A DNA stretch of 64,000 nt, taken from Octopus sinensis (lineage: Eukaryota). The notes under the pieces were generated by a model that was not told where the DNA came from, made no database searches, and saw only the letters and a list, made by a program, of their open reading frames with translations. Positions 36,498-51,159 of the stretch are shown here, in pieces (position 1 is the stretch's first letter; each line of letters starts with the position of its first letter). The position numbers and the translations under genes were made by a program. Location of the stretch: assembly GCF_006345805.1 (NCBI RefSeq), contig NC_043000.1, positions 164,610,001-164,674,000 of the forward strand, in the 5' to 3' direction.

Positions 36498-38984
36498 TAC
36501 ACGTTAACACTTCTAATCAGTTAAAATAAGAAACCATGAGAGCCACTGCCTGGTATTGCATATTATTATTATTATTACCACCACCACCACCACCGTTTGC
36601 AGCAGCAATGTTACATTGATGAAAAACTGAGTCTTTTCATTTGATTATGTTATATTCCAGGAATAACAGCTAATTTTATTAATGTCTTTTCCTTTAATTA
36701 TGCTTAGGCCTAATAGTGTTAAAAATAGTGTCGTTTATTGAACATTGAAGGATACAAAACAAGCATACAAGTACTGCTGTATAAAGAACAAGTATGATCA
36801 ATACAGCAATGTGAGTGTATACATACAAACCTAGCATATATATATATGTGTGTAGATGATTTAATTAATCACAGTACTCGACTGATAGTTGTTGAAGTCA
36901 AGGAAGGAGTCATCTATTGTGTCATTGAACTTGCTAAAAATGGCAACTAGATCCCCCTCAGATTACACCCTACTGGCCCATGAAAGATAGATACGTTTCA
37001 TGTAATGCAAACTGAGATCAGCAATTTTTGAGAAAAAGAGGCTATGGTCATTGCTTGGACATCTTTAATCCTTAATCTACTTAATCTGGAGCTAAAGAAT
37101 AACCACTTGGCTTTGGTCATTGATCTGCTCATCCAGTTAACTTGAGGCTATACAACAAGAACTGTGGGACATATTGTCAATCTACTGATTCTGGCATCTA
37201 TCAACTGTCACTTTCTGTCTGTTTCTATCTCTCTCTCTCTCTCTCTCTCTTTTGCTCTCTCTCTCTCTCTCTCTCTCTCTCACGATATGTAAGGCTTGGT
37301 GCACTAACATAGTGTTAGAACTTATTCATTCAAATTTGAGTATTCACTCTGTTGCTATCCTGGGTATTTTATATGTGTGATCCTTCAAGAAATGATACTC
37401 CCTACTCTACATTAACATGGTTCCTTTTTTTTTTGTTTCTTTTATTGTTTTTAAATTTACTTTACATGGCAGATACTGTCCACTTACATATGAAAAAGGT
37501 GCAGTGTCTTATGAAATTCTCATGGTTTCTATACTGTACTATATTGTTTCAGATTGTAAATATCCTATTCAGGTATAATACACATTTTTTACAGAAAAAC
37601 AAAACAAAACAAAGAACATGATTGCATAATTTCCACAATGTTGTCACATTAAGGGCAGTTTTACAGCATAGACTGTGCTAAAGTTCAAAGGTCATTTTCA
37701 AATTTGGTTTGTGGTTTGTTTTATGTGTGAGAATACTTTCTGTGTATTTTACATAGCAAATACAATAAATCTGACTAAACACTTTTTGCATACATTGTAA
37801 CACTAAATTTTTTTCTGGAATTTCCTTGCCCATGATTATCGATGTACATTATACACAGGTATATATTATACATGAATAGATATTAAATGTCTAATTGAGT
37901 TGTTTCCATGCATTGTAATACTGAAGAAAGGTCAGTGTATATTGTAAATGAGATTTTTTTTGGGGGGGGTGATTGTGTTTTCAATGATGAAGGCTGAACA
38001 TTGTACACAAGTGTGTTTTATACATGAATGTCTAAAAATGAGAAGCGATGTTGAGAAGTTGTAGTTTTTTTTTGACTATTAACTTCTTCCTCAGATATAA
38101 TTATTTTAAATGTTTACGTCTACCCTGTTTCAATTGGTTTCATCTCTAATCATCATAAATTATCATATTCCTGGAGATTTGGAATCAGAATCATTTTATT
38201 TCTAAACAAAGGATGATAATGTTTTATTCATTAGGCCACTGACATATGTATTATGCATCAGTTGAACCCTATGTATGTACCCAGGAACAAGATACCCCAA
38301 TGATGATCAAAAATAACTCATACTCCTAACACTCCCACCCTCCACTCATGTTCACCTTCCCTCTATCTCCCACTCTCTTTCCGCACTCTTGCATGCTTAC
38401 TTGCACTCATTCTGTTCCTTATGAATGACTCATCTCTCACATCTCCTAAAACATATCTTACTAACATCCCCTCCATCTACCATGTTCACTTACTACATTC
38501 CCTTCCCCACTATCTCCCTCTCTCCTTTTGCACTCTTGTCCAGTCTTCTCCTTCTCTCACTACCCACCTTCCTTCTCTTCCCGACTGGGGTAGCAACATA
38601 CCTTTTGTACATTAAATCATTTATTTCTCTCCCTCTATCATAGCTTAACCTCTCATCACCTGGCACAAAGCCACCTCCCTTAATACTACTACCCAATGAT
38701 AATATATATATCAGCATTGTCATCATCCATTTTCCATACTGACATGGGCTGGACAGTTCATTAGGAGCTGGCGAGCTAGAGAACTGCACCAAGCCCCAAT
38801 GTCCAATGTTTGGCATGGTTTCTGTGCTTGGATGCTCTTCCTAATGTCAACAATATACAAGATGTTTCATCTTTCAATATAAGACTGATAGCTCAAAAGA
38901 TTAAGATCTTATAGTTACTTGCAAACTAGTAACTCTGTCTTTCTTCCATATTTAAAGGAATATTGTTCTGTTTTCCACCATCAG

Positions 38985-39102
38985 GTAACCGAATGTTCTC
39001 CTTCCAAGATGTCGATGTGGATTTCTACCTGCCTCAGATGTTGAATATGTACATACACATGCATGATGTAGCAGAAGCAATTCATCCATACCTTGTGCAA
39101 CG
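38985..39102 (+). CDS. PI4KB: PI4KB coding exon (helical domain)
   Basis: Acceptor ccatcAG, donor CG|GTAAGT, phase 1 to 2. Encodes (G)[38 protein letters not shown](R), matching PI4KB GNRLF...[16 protein letters not shown]. Confidence 0.97.
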
Positions 39103-39357
39103 GTAAGTTGTGGTGGTAGTAGCTGCTGTTACTGGATTTGTAGTGATGTTAACAATTACTTGATGGTTGTAGTGGTAGTAGCAATTGTTAGTGAATGGTT
39201 GTGGTTGGGGTGGTAGCAGCAGTTGTCACTTGGCTGTAGTGGCTGTTGTAGTCTGAGGTGACTACCACCATTTGGATTGAATTTAGTACATGACTAGTGA
39301 TTGCTTCATTAACCCCAAAGAATTAAAGGTAAAGTTTATGTTAGTGGGATTTGATCT

Positions 39358-39748
39358 CTCTCTTTCTTTTGCTTGTTTCAGTCATTAGACTGCTGCCATG
39401 CTGGGGTACTGCCTTGAATTTTTAGTTGAATGAATCAACCCCAATACTTTTTTTTTCTTAAAGCTGGGTTCTTATTCTGTTAGCCTCTTTTGCCAAACTG
39501 TTAAGTTATGGGGATGTAAACACAGCAACAACCAGTTGTCAAGCAGTGGAGGGGACAAACACAGACACAAAGGCATACACTCTCACACACACAACACGGT
39601 CTTCTTTCAGTTTCCACCTACCAAATCCACTCATAAGGCTTTAGTCAGCTCGATGCTATAGTTGAAGACACTTGCCCAAGGTGCCACACAGTGGGACTGA
39701 ACCCGGAACCATGTGGTTGGGAAGCAAACTTCTTACCACACAGCCACA
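39358..39748 (-). mobile_element. tRNA-derived SINE, family A
   Basis: Reverse complement of the 48797-49198 element: head gtggctgtgtggtaag, B-box-like ggttcagtcccac, tail aatgactgaaacaagcaaaaag. Confidence 0.85.
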
Positions 39749-40312
39749 GGAGAAGAAAGTCAATATGAGACCAAGTTATTAATTTTTTTTTTAGTTCAAC
39801 TACATAATCACCCCTACCCATACCCTTGTGTCCCTTTAATGACAAAAATATATTTCTTTGACAGAATTCTCTCCTAATACACACACTCATGCATAAACAC
39901 ACACATTATCTGCATGTGCTACAAATACACATGTATAATACTAATACATGCATGTACATACACACTACTGGCATGTACCTGCACATATACTCACATGTAA
40001 CCCCTGTGTGCACATGTGTGAGATTAACTGCACATACAGACAGACGGATACATAGTGACCAATGGCCACATGCATAATTAACATACATGAGCACACATGC
40101 TCTAACATGCACACATGCTATAAGATGTGCACACTGATATACTCACATGTATTAAAATGACCACATGTAGTGAAATGCATGTTCGCATTCATCAATGCAT
40201 TACTAGCATGCATAGTCATCTTAGTATATATGTGCTGACACATACATTTACTAAAACATGCGTGTATGTTGTATACTACATATTATATAGAAAGTATGTG
40301 CATATGAACATG

Positions 40313-40350
<38 letters not shown>

Positions 40351-40690
40351 ATGAAGTTCTCTTAGTTTCTGTTGGAAGACACTTCTCTAAGGTGCCAGAC
40401 ACTGGGACTGAACTTGAAACTATGTGGTTGGGAAGCAAACTTCTTACCTCCACACACACACACACACACTATCTCACCCTTAACTGGTTATAGAACGTCA
40501 TTGTCCAGTGTGTCCTGTCCTAATTCAAGATGGTAGTGTGTGATTTGAGGAAAATTTAGTCATTTCTTCTAGCATTACATATGAAGTAATGTGTAAAGGT
40601 TCTCCTTTGTAGGCTCGAAATAAACTTGATGACCATCCCATCCCATCGTATCTCAGGAACGACTGTGTCAACATATTCTTTATGTACAGT

Positions 40691-40778
<88 letters not shown>

Positions 40779-41305
40779 TTACTTTAGCTTCTTTATAATA
40801 AATAAGAACATTAAAAACAATTTAAACTAATAAAAACATCAATCCCCAAATTAAAAGCTGTGTCCTATTTCTTGTAAGAGATAATTCAAAAGTCATAATT
40901 ACTAAAAGATAATCATTTGTTTGCTTTGTTTTTTATTTGATGTTTTTCATTATTATCTTTGTTATTATTCTTATTATACCTGTTTTGTATTTCTCATCTA
41001 AATAATGTATGTGAGGCAATAAGTTGTGGGTTTGTATTAAATTTGCTGATGCGAGGGTTGGGTAAATCTCTTAATTGGAGTCTTAATTAGCACTTATTAG
41101 ATGAACAGGTAGAGAGTACTCTGCTGTATACTTAAAACTGCTATGTTATAATCACTATCCGTAAGAACAAGAGGGAGGTTAGAGATGTTTTGTTGTTTGT
41201 TAGGTTTAAAAGCATCTTATTATAATTCTGCTTGTTACTCCATAAATCAGTACGTGCTTTACACCCTGTTGGGCAGTTGTAAAAAATTGGTATTATTACT
41301 CATAA

Positions 41306-41512
41306 GGTGGTGAGCTGGTAAAGTCATTAGCATGTCAAACAAAATACTTAGTGACATTTCTTCTGCCTTTATGTTCTGAGTTCAAATTCCACCAAGGCCA
41401 ACTTTGTCTTTTATCCTTTTAGGGTTGATAAGATAAGTACCAGTTGAACCCTGGGGTTGATATACTCTGTCTTCTCCCACCAAATTTTAGGCCTTCTGCC
41501 TATAGTAGAAAG
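41306..41512 (+). mobile_element. SINE family B, near-complete copy
   Basis: ggtggtgagctgg...tgttctgagttcaaattcc...aagtaccagttgaaccctggggttgat...aggccttctgcc. Confidence 0.8.
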
Positions 41513-41674
41513 TATTGTCATTATTATTACTTGCGGAAATACTGCCCTGTTTGTATCTCGCCCACTGTGCATTTCTTCACAGCCTCTCACACATTTGTGT
41601 ATTGCCCTGCTGCACCTTTATGCATATTATGCACATTTATGTATTGCATATTTTTGTGTGTATAGAATATCATA

Positions 41675-42548
41675 TGAGGTATATTCAAATATTATCTGAC
41701 TTCATTTTTTCCTGCCAAAACTAATGCCATGTGGTTAAAATCCTATGGGTTGATAGGTGATATCACCCATCATGCGCATGTGTAAAAATTTTCATACTGG
41801 TAGGCTGTGTCGGTTTCTGACTACTGCACCTCGTGTACAGACATGTAGTATGCGCTCCATGGATTTTCATTTTCACACAAGATGACAATGTATCAAGCGG
41901 AGACCATGAAGTCTGGAATGTGGTTTGCACAGCCCAGCATGTCCCGAGTAATTTCTGTGCAGAGTTGCTTATGTTACTCTGCCAACACCTTCAGGTCAAA
42001 TTTCACTGACACTTTCCACATGCACAAATCCTCCATTAAAATAGAAAGCACTGATCCTGTGCTTATTCCCACTTTGTGAGCAGTTTCCTGGATTGATACA
42101 TGATGGTCTATCATGACTATTTGCCAAACCTTCTCAATCAGCTCCTCATTTCCACTTGTGGATGGCCTGCCTGAGTGCGCTTTGCTCTCCACTGAAGTGC
42201 AGCTGTGTTTGAAGCAGTTGTACCACTCCTTGATCTAGGTTTTGCCCTTGACATCATCACCAAAGGCTTGCTGAATCTTCTGGATGGTTTGAGCTTGAGT
42301 ATCACCAACCTTTTGGCAAAACTTGATGTAATGTCTCTGTTTGATGTATTTGATGAAAACGAAAATCTCACGAGCATGCACTACACTACTTTAGGCATAA
42401 CAGCCAGGAACTGACATGGCCCACTGGCATGGAAATCTCCACTCATGCACAGGAAGGGTGGCTTCACTTCCCATCCAAAAGATTTTACCCATACAGCATT
42501 AGTTTTGGTGGGTAAAAATAAAGTCAGATACATTTTGAATGCACTTTG
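41675..42548 (-). mobile_element. Degenerate mariner derivative (about 874 bp) with long inverted ends
   Basis: Imperfect TIRs (tgaggtatattcaaatattatctgac / gtcagatacattttgaatgcactttg). Minus-strand transposase N-terminus ...SGRPSTSGNEELIEKVWQIVMIDHHVSIQETAHKVGISTGSVLSIL. Inverted similarity extends beyond 100 bp. Confidence 0.8.
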
Positions 42549-45500
42549 TGGTACATTTGTGTACAGCCTATTATATATTGGGTATAGTTATTCTACATTT
42601 GTGTATAGCATATTGCACTCTGAGCATAGCTAATTGCTCTCTGTGTAGCCTATTGTTACATCTATGTATAGCCTATTGTGTGTCTATTGTACATCTGTGC
42701 ATTGCCTTTTGTCCAACAGTCCTTAGCCTTTAGTTTAAGTATTCTTGCCTCTTGTTTAGCTCTGGTTTAGCAGAGACTGATGAACAAAGGCTTGTGATAA
42801 TTTCTTTTACAAATGTGGTGTATTTAACATATTCTTTTTTTAAGACTGTAGAATGTGTGACTTGAGACAAATTTGGCTTCTATTATTAGCATGTCAAAAG
42901 ACCATGTAGAAGTTTTCTTCTTTGGTTTAATTCTTTGCATTGATATCCAGTGAAACTAAAGAGATAGTCTGAGTGCAAGGCACTTGAGATGAAATTAAAT
43001 ATAAGAGGAGTATATATGTTTTTGTGCCAGGTGATGAAATCTATTGTTTTGGAAGGAACCCTTCATTATTTTGTCAGTGAAATATTAAATCTATTTTATG
43101 TCACAACATATACATGACAGAGGCCATGACGGAGCCTCCATGAGATCACTTAGCTTGCAAGAAATAGCAGCCAAATCTCATTTGAATTAGACCTAATCTT
43201 CTCAAGTGCAAGGAAGACATAGTGTAGTTCTAGACAGGATGGTCAAAGCTGGAATGCCTTTCACCATATCCAGTTCAGTCAGAGCTGATGAGAGGTTAAC
43301 CAACATCAGTAGCAGCAACATACACTTCTATGGTATCATTTCTTATTCAATACCTCTAGCCATGAGCCATTAGTAGTCTACCAATTCTGGTGACTACACC
43401 CAAGTGAGAAGCTGACTTAACATCAGTGATTTCCAGTGATACGGGTTGATATATGTGAGGGAGATGGGTGTGTGTGTGGCTAATGATTTCTAATATAAGT
43501 TCAAGGCCAGAAATTTTGAGCAGGAGGTATAGTTAACTACATCAACCATCAGGAGTTGAATGATGCTCATTATTTATATCATCCCTGGAGAGTTGATTGG
43601 AAAAGTTGATCTTGGTGATTTGAACTTAGAGCATAAAAGGATGTAGCTAAATACTACAAGGTACTTTGTACACTACTGATCTACTCAATGCTCTACCCTG
43701 GTATGTGCAAAAGATATAAACACTGGCCTAATTGGAAAATTTGCATTTTTTATTTTATTTTGTTAGGTAGGATTGCAGACCTTCTGGCTTCTAACATGAC
43801 AACAAAAGGTTAAATTCTAAATTACAGTCGACTTTAACTGAATAAAATTTAAATAGTTATTTGTCGTAGCGATAGAGGTGATACAATGATACCAACAGCT
43901 GTGCCCTGTGAAAGGCTTTAGTCATTGACCACAGTGTTCATCCTGATTATAGTTTAATGAAGAAGCCATTACCAGCAGTTGAGGATTGTGTGTGACAGCA
44001 ATTTCATGTATAATATATGTGTGTGTGTGTGAGTATGTATCTTCTTCCTTTAATGTTTGGTATTCCATACTGTCATAGGTTGGATGGGTTATTTCAGTCC
44101 AAGCGAGACGATAGATTTTGTTAGTGCTCTCTATGTCGCACTTGTTTGTTATTTTATTATTAGCATGGTTTCTTTGGCCAGATGCCCTTTCTGTTGCCAG
44201 TTATTTTTTTTAATATACTCGGTGCATTTTATCTTGACAACAACACTAGAGAAATTGATGAGAGTAAATAGTGCTGCCTTCCCCATGTGTCCATTTGTTT
44301 TATTCGCTGGTACCTGGGAAGTTGTCTCCCCTTAATGACAGTCCTTAATTGCTTGTGTTGTCTCCATTCATCCCTCTTTTTTTTTCTAAATTGCTGGATG
44401 GGAGGAGAGGCAGAATAAAAAGCTGGTGGGAGACTGTAAAGTCGGGTCTGTCGTCTCCAGCTTGTTCCACCATTTGTAGTCTTTCATCATCTGCTTCCAT
44501 AAGGTTCTGTCTGCCCAATTGGGATGTGGTGTCCCCCCCCCCACTAGTAGATGTCATTATAGAAAATGAACACTAACATTATAAATTAAATGTATGACTG
44601 GAAAACACTATCCAGAGATACTTGTTGCATGGAAACTAAAATGGACACTAACATGATGTAGCAAACCAATAAATTTCAATTAATATTATAACCATAGTAA
44701 TGAGAACAATCAGTTTCTAAATGATAAAGTCTAGTTAGAAAAAAGTAAGGATAGGGAGACAACCCCGAAATTTTAAATGCAGTGGGGGAGTGAGTGTGAC
44801 TATTATTAGTATGGTAATAACTCTATACATAGTGTTAGTGTCTTACTAACAGTCCAAAGAGTTCCCTGTGAGAATAGGTATATGCAGTTACAATGAAACT
44901 GCTGTCAACAGCTAAAGACTATGAAAAACTAGCCCATTGACCAACCAAGGTTTCTAGTTAGTATAGTTGTTGTTACCTTCACTCAGTACCACCACTAGTA
45001 AGTGTGCTCTCCAAACCATTACTATATTAAATACAAGAAGCTATTGCACACGGCTTCCAGCAGCTGGTGAGGCTTGAAATTATTTACTGAGTTCTACTTA
45101 AACACTTGAACATTAAATGTTCCCTTTATGTTTCATGTGAAACATATACTCTCATTTTTAACTGTTATCATTGCTATTAATGATGGTGAATGCGTGGGTG
45201 GACAGCTTACAGAACTAAGGTGTTGGGAAAGAGAACCTCACCAGAGGTTAAAAAATGTGACCAATATTGAACTTTCTTCTCAAGAGATGGCGTGACAACA
45301 TTGTGATACTTGGTTGCATTTTTATCATATAATATGGGTTAAAGATCACTTCAGTTGTGATGTTCATATAGTGAAATAAGCAAAATTAATAATGCTAGTA
45401 ATTGACCTAGTTTAAATGATGCCGATCAGTGACCCAGTGGTCTAGATAATCACTTTCATTGCTTAACATGTAGTGTTCAAGTGTGGACTATGACTGTCTG

Positions 45501-45616
45501 TCATAGAAATGATAAAGCAAAACTAAATGGGGGAAATTTTGGTTGGCAAGTTAGTTGAGATTGTCTAATAAAACCAAAACGTATTTGGAGAGATCATATT
45601 AGTCATAAACTAATTA

Positions 45617-45833
45617 CGAAGGGGTGCTGAAAAGTTCCTGGCTTTAAGGGTATCACAAAAGGCCTGGTTGGAGGCCCAACCTTCCGAGATCTCTTTCAGG
45701 GCTTAGAAAAAATGAAGGACCACTGCAATAAGTGTATGAATCTGAGAAGGGAATGTGTTCAATAAAAGCATAATTAACTGCTCCTCTTGTATTTTATTTT
45801 ACCCAAAGCCAGGAACTTTTCAACACCCCCTCA
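45617..45833. mobile_element. Mariner-derived MITE (about 217 bp)
   Basis: TA-cgaaggggtgctgaaaagttcctggc ... gccaggaacttttcaacaccccctca. The interior resembles the transposase C-terminal tail. Confidence 0.85.
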
Positions 45834-46272
45834 CATTGCTTTTTCAAATCTACATTAGTGTTTCTAATTGGAGTTATGAATACTTGTTGTATTAAAACAT
45901 TAAAATGTATAAACATTATTTCAGATATTCAGTGGATAGGGTCTTAGGGTCTGTATTATAGTTTTTACTGGTTGCTTCTGCTAATATTTGAACTTAAAAC
46001 ATGGAAGAGGAGAACATTTTTCCTAAGTTGCTATTTGAAAAAGTCTGTGATATTTTATCATTAGTCTGGTGCTGAAGGATAGTAGATGCAACCTTCTCAA
46101 TCTCTCTCTCTCTCTGAGGCTGTAACATTAAGATAACAGAGTCTGTCAGAATACTCTTAGATTTTTGATTAGTGGGGGAAAGTATAATAAATATGATTTA
46201 GTTAAGTCAGGAAAAGAATGGGTTTTGACTTTGAGCTTTTAGAGTGAGTGTAATTATGCTGATCATTTAGAG

Positions 46273-47934
46273 CAGTGGTTCCCAAGTTTTTTGTGATCGC
46301 ATACCATGAAGAAAACGAAGTTCATCTCTCAGTTCAAAGAGACACCTCATTGCATTACCCTTAGGAGAGCCAGTGAATCTTTGTGTGGTAGAGGAGACAG
46401 ATGTCGTCAGAGTCGAAATCTTCACAGGGCAGCTTGAACAGCCGAGTATTCAGAGCTGAAGTTTTGATGAAATTCACGATTCTGATAACTCGGTTCAAGC
46501 ATGATAAAAACTTTGGAGGGAGCACCTGAGCACAAAAGGCAAATCTATGTATGACACAATGGACAGTGGTGGCATTTGGTGACACATCTTTCATATGGGC
46601 TTGAAAACCTGACTTTCAACCGAGCATAAATGGAGCCCCATCTGTCGTGCATCTGACCAGCTTTTCCCAGTCCAGTTCATTCTGCTTGAAGATATTGTCC
46701 AAAATGTTGAAAATATCCTTTCGTTTTGTTGTACTGGATAGCTCCTGGATTAGCAGTAGCTCAATCTTCACAGCATTATTCTGCATGAAGCGGACATAGG
46801 CAAGTAGTCAACAGCAGTTGGTGACGTCTGTCGATTCGTCAAGTTGAATGGGAAACCCATACTTTGAGGCTGTCACTCCCTCAATCACTTGGTTGGCAAT
46901 GTCGGCCGAGATCTCCTCAATATGGTGCTGTACAGTGTTGTTAGAGATGGAAACCCTCTCCAACTTTACCACTGCCTCTTCTCTAATTATGTGCCTGACC
47001 AAGATCTTTGCCACTGGAATGACAAGAGACTGCAATGGTATGCACCTTCATGTTTTTGGCCATCAGGAGAGCAACTTCATAGGATGCTCTCACAATCCCT
47101 GCCCTCTTCTCGTAGATCTGGCTAGTCTTGTCTATGTGCTGCCACTTTTATGTTCTTGCCAAATCACTGGAAGTAACTCTGATCTCAGTCTTTCTTGTCC
47201 GCGTGATTCATCTCAAGATGACGTTTGAGCTGGCTGGGTTTCATGGCTACATTCGAATGGGACTTTGTACAGACCACACACTGTGGAAGAGCTTCTCCTC
47301 CATGTTCAATTGCAATGAAGCCATACTTTGTGTATGCAGGGTCATAGTTTCGCTTCGGCACGTTATCAATCCTGTAGAAAAGTGAAATAAATTAATCAAG
47401 AAATAAAGAAATATAAAAATACAAAAAAATACAAAATATTATTAATGCTAATAATAATAATACACACAATAAGAAAATTATGGGTATGAAAGTAACAAAT
47501 CGTTGCCAGATTACCTTGTGTAAGGCAGTAAACATTTTTGTGAAGAAAATATTAACTTGTAATGGCATGCCTGCCTCGCTAGCCCCTAGTCAGCCCCTAC
47601 CCAGTCCAGAGAGAACAAAGACGTGCACCAGAAACCAAACAACTGTCATTTATCAATGAGCACACAGTGCATTGTATACATGTGTGCCCCTCAAGGTCAC
47701 TCATACCATCCTGCCATACTCAGGGTTACATGCATTGGTTGGATGGTGCTGATCACTGTACAGAGAGCGAATAAAAGGTTAACCAATGGTATGCCAGTAA
47801 TTGAAAAATACTGATTACTGGTTGATTGATTTGGAAAGCATTAATCACATGCTGGCCGAATATTGGAAACAGCGCAAACTAAAAATTGCATATTTCCCCG
47901 AAAGTGCTCGTGTACCACTGGTTGGGAACCACTG
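46273..47934 (-). mobile_element. Buster/Charlie-type hAT transposon, internally deleted and decayed (1662 bp)
   Basis: 13-bp TIRs CAGTGGTTCCCAA / TTGGGAACCACTG, with 8-bp TSDs ATTTAGAG (46265-46272) and AGTTAGAG (47935-47942). Peptides FPIQLDESTDV, CTTDGAPFM, HCVIHR and HWLS match ZBED5/Buster-like transposases. The frames are broken. Confidence 0.93.
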
Positions 47935-48796
47935 AGTTAGAAGAACAAAGGCTGACGTAGTAACTGTTGAAAAGAAAGGAGGCCCAGCTTAGTAGTGGGA
48001 TAGCAATTGGAGTGTACTGATAGTAACTTATTGTACGGTTAGAAAATGTGACACAGATATGTACATTTACTCTCCCTCACAGACATATGTGCACTGTCTC
48101 CCTCTCTCACCCCCTCTCTCACACACACACACACAACACAGGTAAAAAGTAAGAGTGCCTGTATACCTGTATAGTAAATTGTTTCAGATGGATGTAAGGT
48201 GGTGAAGGTGACGGCAATGTGTTGTAATGACCATACTTGTGTAATGTGAAATGTTCAACTCTGTCCTAAGTTAAAATAATAATGCTTTTATTGATTGTAA
48301 GCTGTGCTCTATCTATATTAAGATGTGTGAGGGTTTGTATGTCAATCTGTGGGTGTAACTTCATGGAATATTTATGCAATTGGATTATTATTGGTGGTAG
48401 TCTGCTTCGATAGGAAAAAGGTAGCTGACCTAGTTTGACATAAAGTGTATCACTTAAGCTATGTGGTCACTTGATGTACTAGTAATAGCAACCATATCTC
48501 CCTCAAATTAGACCCAGTCATCTTAAGTAAAGAATGGTCATGTGGATGATGTTGTTCTAAGTACTTCTAAAAAGACAAGATGACTGCTGAAATGCCTGTG
48601 ATCATAGGTCTGCTTGATCAGGGCCAACCTGGAACTAAATAATAGTTACAAGCGTATAACTAACTTTTTTTTTTTATTGTTTCATCTCGGGGCATTAAAT
48701 ATTGAGGATGATGATGATGTTAGTCCTAAGTGTGCAAACCTATCACAGATTTTCCAGTTGTGATCATCTCATCATTTTATGAGGATTCAAAGTTTC

Positions 48797-48939
48797 CATG
48801 GCTGTGTGGTAAGAAATTTGCTTCCCAATCACATGGCCTGCAGTGTGGCACCTTGGGCAAGTGTCTTCTATAACCTCAGGCCAACCAAAGCCTTATGAGT
48901 GGATTTGGTAGATGGAAACTGAAAGAAGCCCATCATATG

Positions 48940-49013
<74 letters not shown>

Positions 49014-49198
49014 CACCACTTGACAACTGGTTGTTGGTATGTTTGTGTCTCCATAACTTAGTAGTTCAATCATAGAGATTAAATACCAGACTTCCAAAAT
49101 AAGTACTGGGGTCAACTTGTTTGACTAAAATTCCTCAAGGCAGTGCTCCAGCATGGCTGCAGTCAAATCACTGAAACAAGTAAAAGAATGAAAGAATA
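48797..49198 (+). mobile_element. tRNA-derived SINE, family A, with internal (TA)n(TG)n microsatellite
   Basis: Head catggctgtgtggtaag, body ggcaccttgggcaagtgtcttcta...gatggaaactgaaagaagccc, tail gcagtcaaatcactgaaacaagtaaaaga. Partial copies also lie near 21360, 29690, 33880, 40365, 55140, 60425 and 63612. Confidence 0.85.
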
Positions 49199-49754
49199 CT
49201 ATTTCCTTTTTTTTTCTTCCAGATGTAGTAAATATTTATCTTTTTTTTTTTTTTTAATGCTAAGATATACTTTGAAGGAGATTTAACTGCTGTTTCTAGC
49301 AGGTTGGTCAACTCTGCAGAGACTTCTTAATTGATTGTAATCTCTGGTATAGGTCACAGATATTCCCTACTGCTGTAAGTTGTGACAGGACACTACTCAA
49401 TATTTTGCTTGATACGCTGCTAGGAGTATCATTCAAGTACACAGAAACACACAATGGTTAATGTAAAAGCTGTCCTTGGTGTAGTAGTCTTGCTTTCCAA
49501 GATGCTTTTCCCTGAAATTCAAATATGGAAATTGTATGAGGATTACACAGCAATTATCTAACATTCAACTAGTTTACTACTTGAGGTCTAGCCATGTTCT
49601 TCTAGGCTAGTTAATGTACCACTCAGTGTGCCTGTATTATATTGACCAGATTCTGTTGTCAAACCACTAGGCCATTGAATTTAGTTCTCAGTATCTCACA
49701 CATTAACTGATATTCAACTCTTTCATCGTATTTTGTCTTGTTATTCTTTTGTAG

Positions 49755-49889
49755 ATGTCGATCCAGTGTGGAGTTTTCCATCCGTGCTGCCTGGTTGTTA
49801 GGAGCCTATTCTGCTGATGTCCTCAAACCTACATGGAAAAATTCCCAAGGAGTCAAATTAAAGAACATGATACTCAATGAAGAACTACG
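49755..49889 (+). CDS. PI4KB: PI4KB coding exon (end of helical domain)
   Basis: Acceptor ttttgtAG, donor CG|GTAAGT, phase 2 to 2. Encodes (R)CRSSVEFSIRAAWLLGAYSADVLKPTWKNSQGVKLKNMILNEEL(R), matching the PI4KB RCR...LLGAYS motif. Confidence 0.97.
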
Positions 49890-51159
49890 GTAAGTAGGTC
49901 TTACTTCTTGTTACCACAAATTTGCCATCATATATGTCTATGAATTTAAACTCTGCTTTGAGTAAGCTTTGATTATATTTCATGTATGTCGTACAGTATA
50001 TCTCTTGAGTCAGCTTGTCTGTCCAGTTTAATTATTCAGTTGTTGTTGTTGTTTAATATGTGTGAGAGTGTGTGTGAAAGCAAGGATTAACTAAATAATT
50101 ACTTTTGTTTTATATGTCCCAGTTGGTGAGAAGCTGCTTGAAAAAGGATTGTGGTAATTCAGCATATATGTATTACTTGAAATACAATATTCATATTCTT
50201 TGTAACAGAGATGCTCATTTCAAAAACTGTTACGTTAGGCAAAGCAGACAAATAATTCTCAGTGAAGGGTTTCATTATAAGCCACATTTATAGTTTTTCT
50301 ATTATGGGCTTTGCTATAAAGATTGTTTTTGCTCCTTCCATCACATGAATATCTTACATAACATCTGTCCAAAAAGAAGCAGAGTCCTTCAAGCTACAGT
50401 AGTCACCATCAACATCTGATATTTGGTTTTGTTGACAAACATTGTGAATCTTTAGTCTCTGGCAATTTGGATTCTTTTGAACTGAAATGGTCTATCAGTA
50501 TGTGGGTAATATAGCAGTGAGAAGTTATATAGTGAAACATTTACAGATTTGTGAGAATGGTAGACTATCTACCAGTATTATTTAGGAAGTTGTTTCAATT
50601 GATGACACTCTCTACTTTCTTTGGAAATGGACTTTGTATCTTGACAAAACAAGTAATCATTAGTTTTATTGCTTATCCTTAGACAAGCCCTTATCCCACA
50701 ATCTATAATCGAAATCATTCTACTCATGCTATCCTTTCTCTGTGTTCAGACAATGTATCCAGTACTATATTATTTCTGGCAGGCTTTTTTGTTGGGTTAC
50801 ATAGCTTCTTTGATGGCTAATGAGCTTCCCTTATACTTCCAAGTTGAGCATGTACATACAGGCCATCTTGTCAGCTTGTTAGGATCTCTGATCAGCTCAT
50901 GAAGTTCCCTCTTTGGTTTGTATTGTTATTGTCTGTAGTAGTAACAGTAACTCGCTGCAATCTGTGTTCAACTTTGAAGACTGATAAATTACCAATCCAG
51001 GGTAATGCATTGGTAAAATTGTTAGATGAAATGCCTCATGATATTCACTTGGAATTCAGATTTTGCCTAAGGATTCAATTCTTACCATTACTCAAGGCTA
51101 ACCACCTTATGGACCACAATTATGAAAGCTGTAATAAGTGATGGCAGATTGTGGCAATC

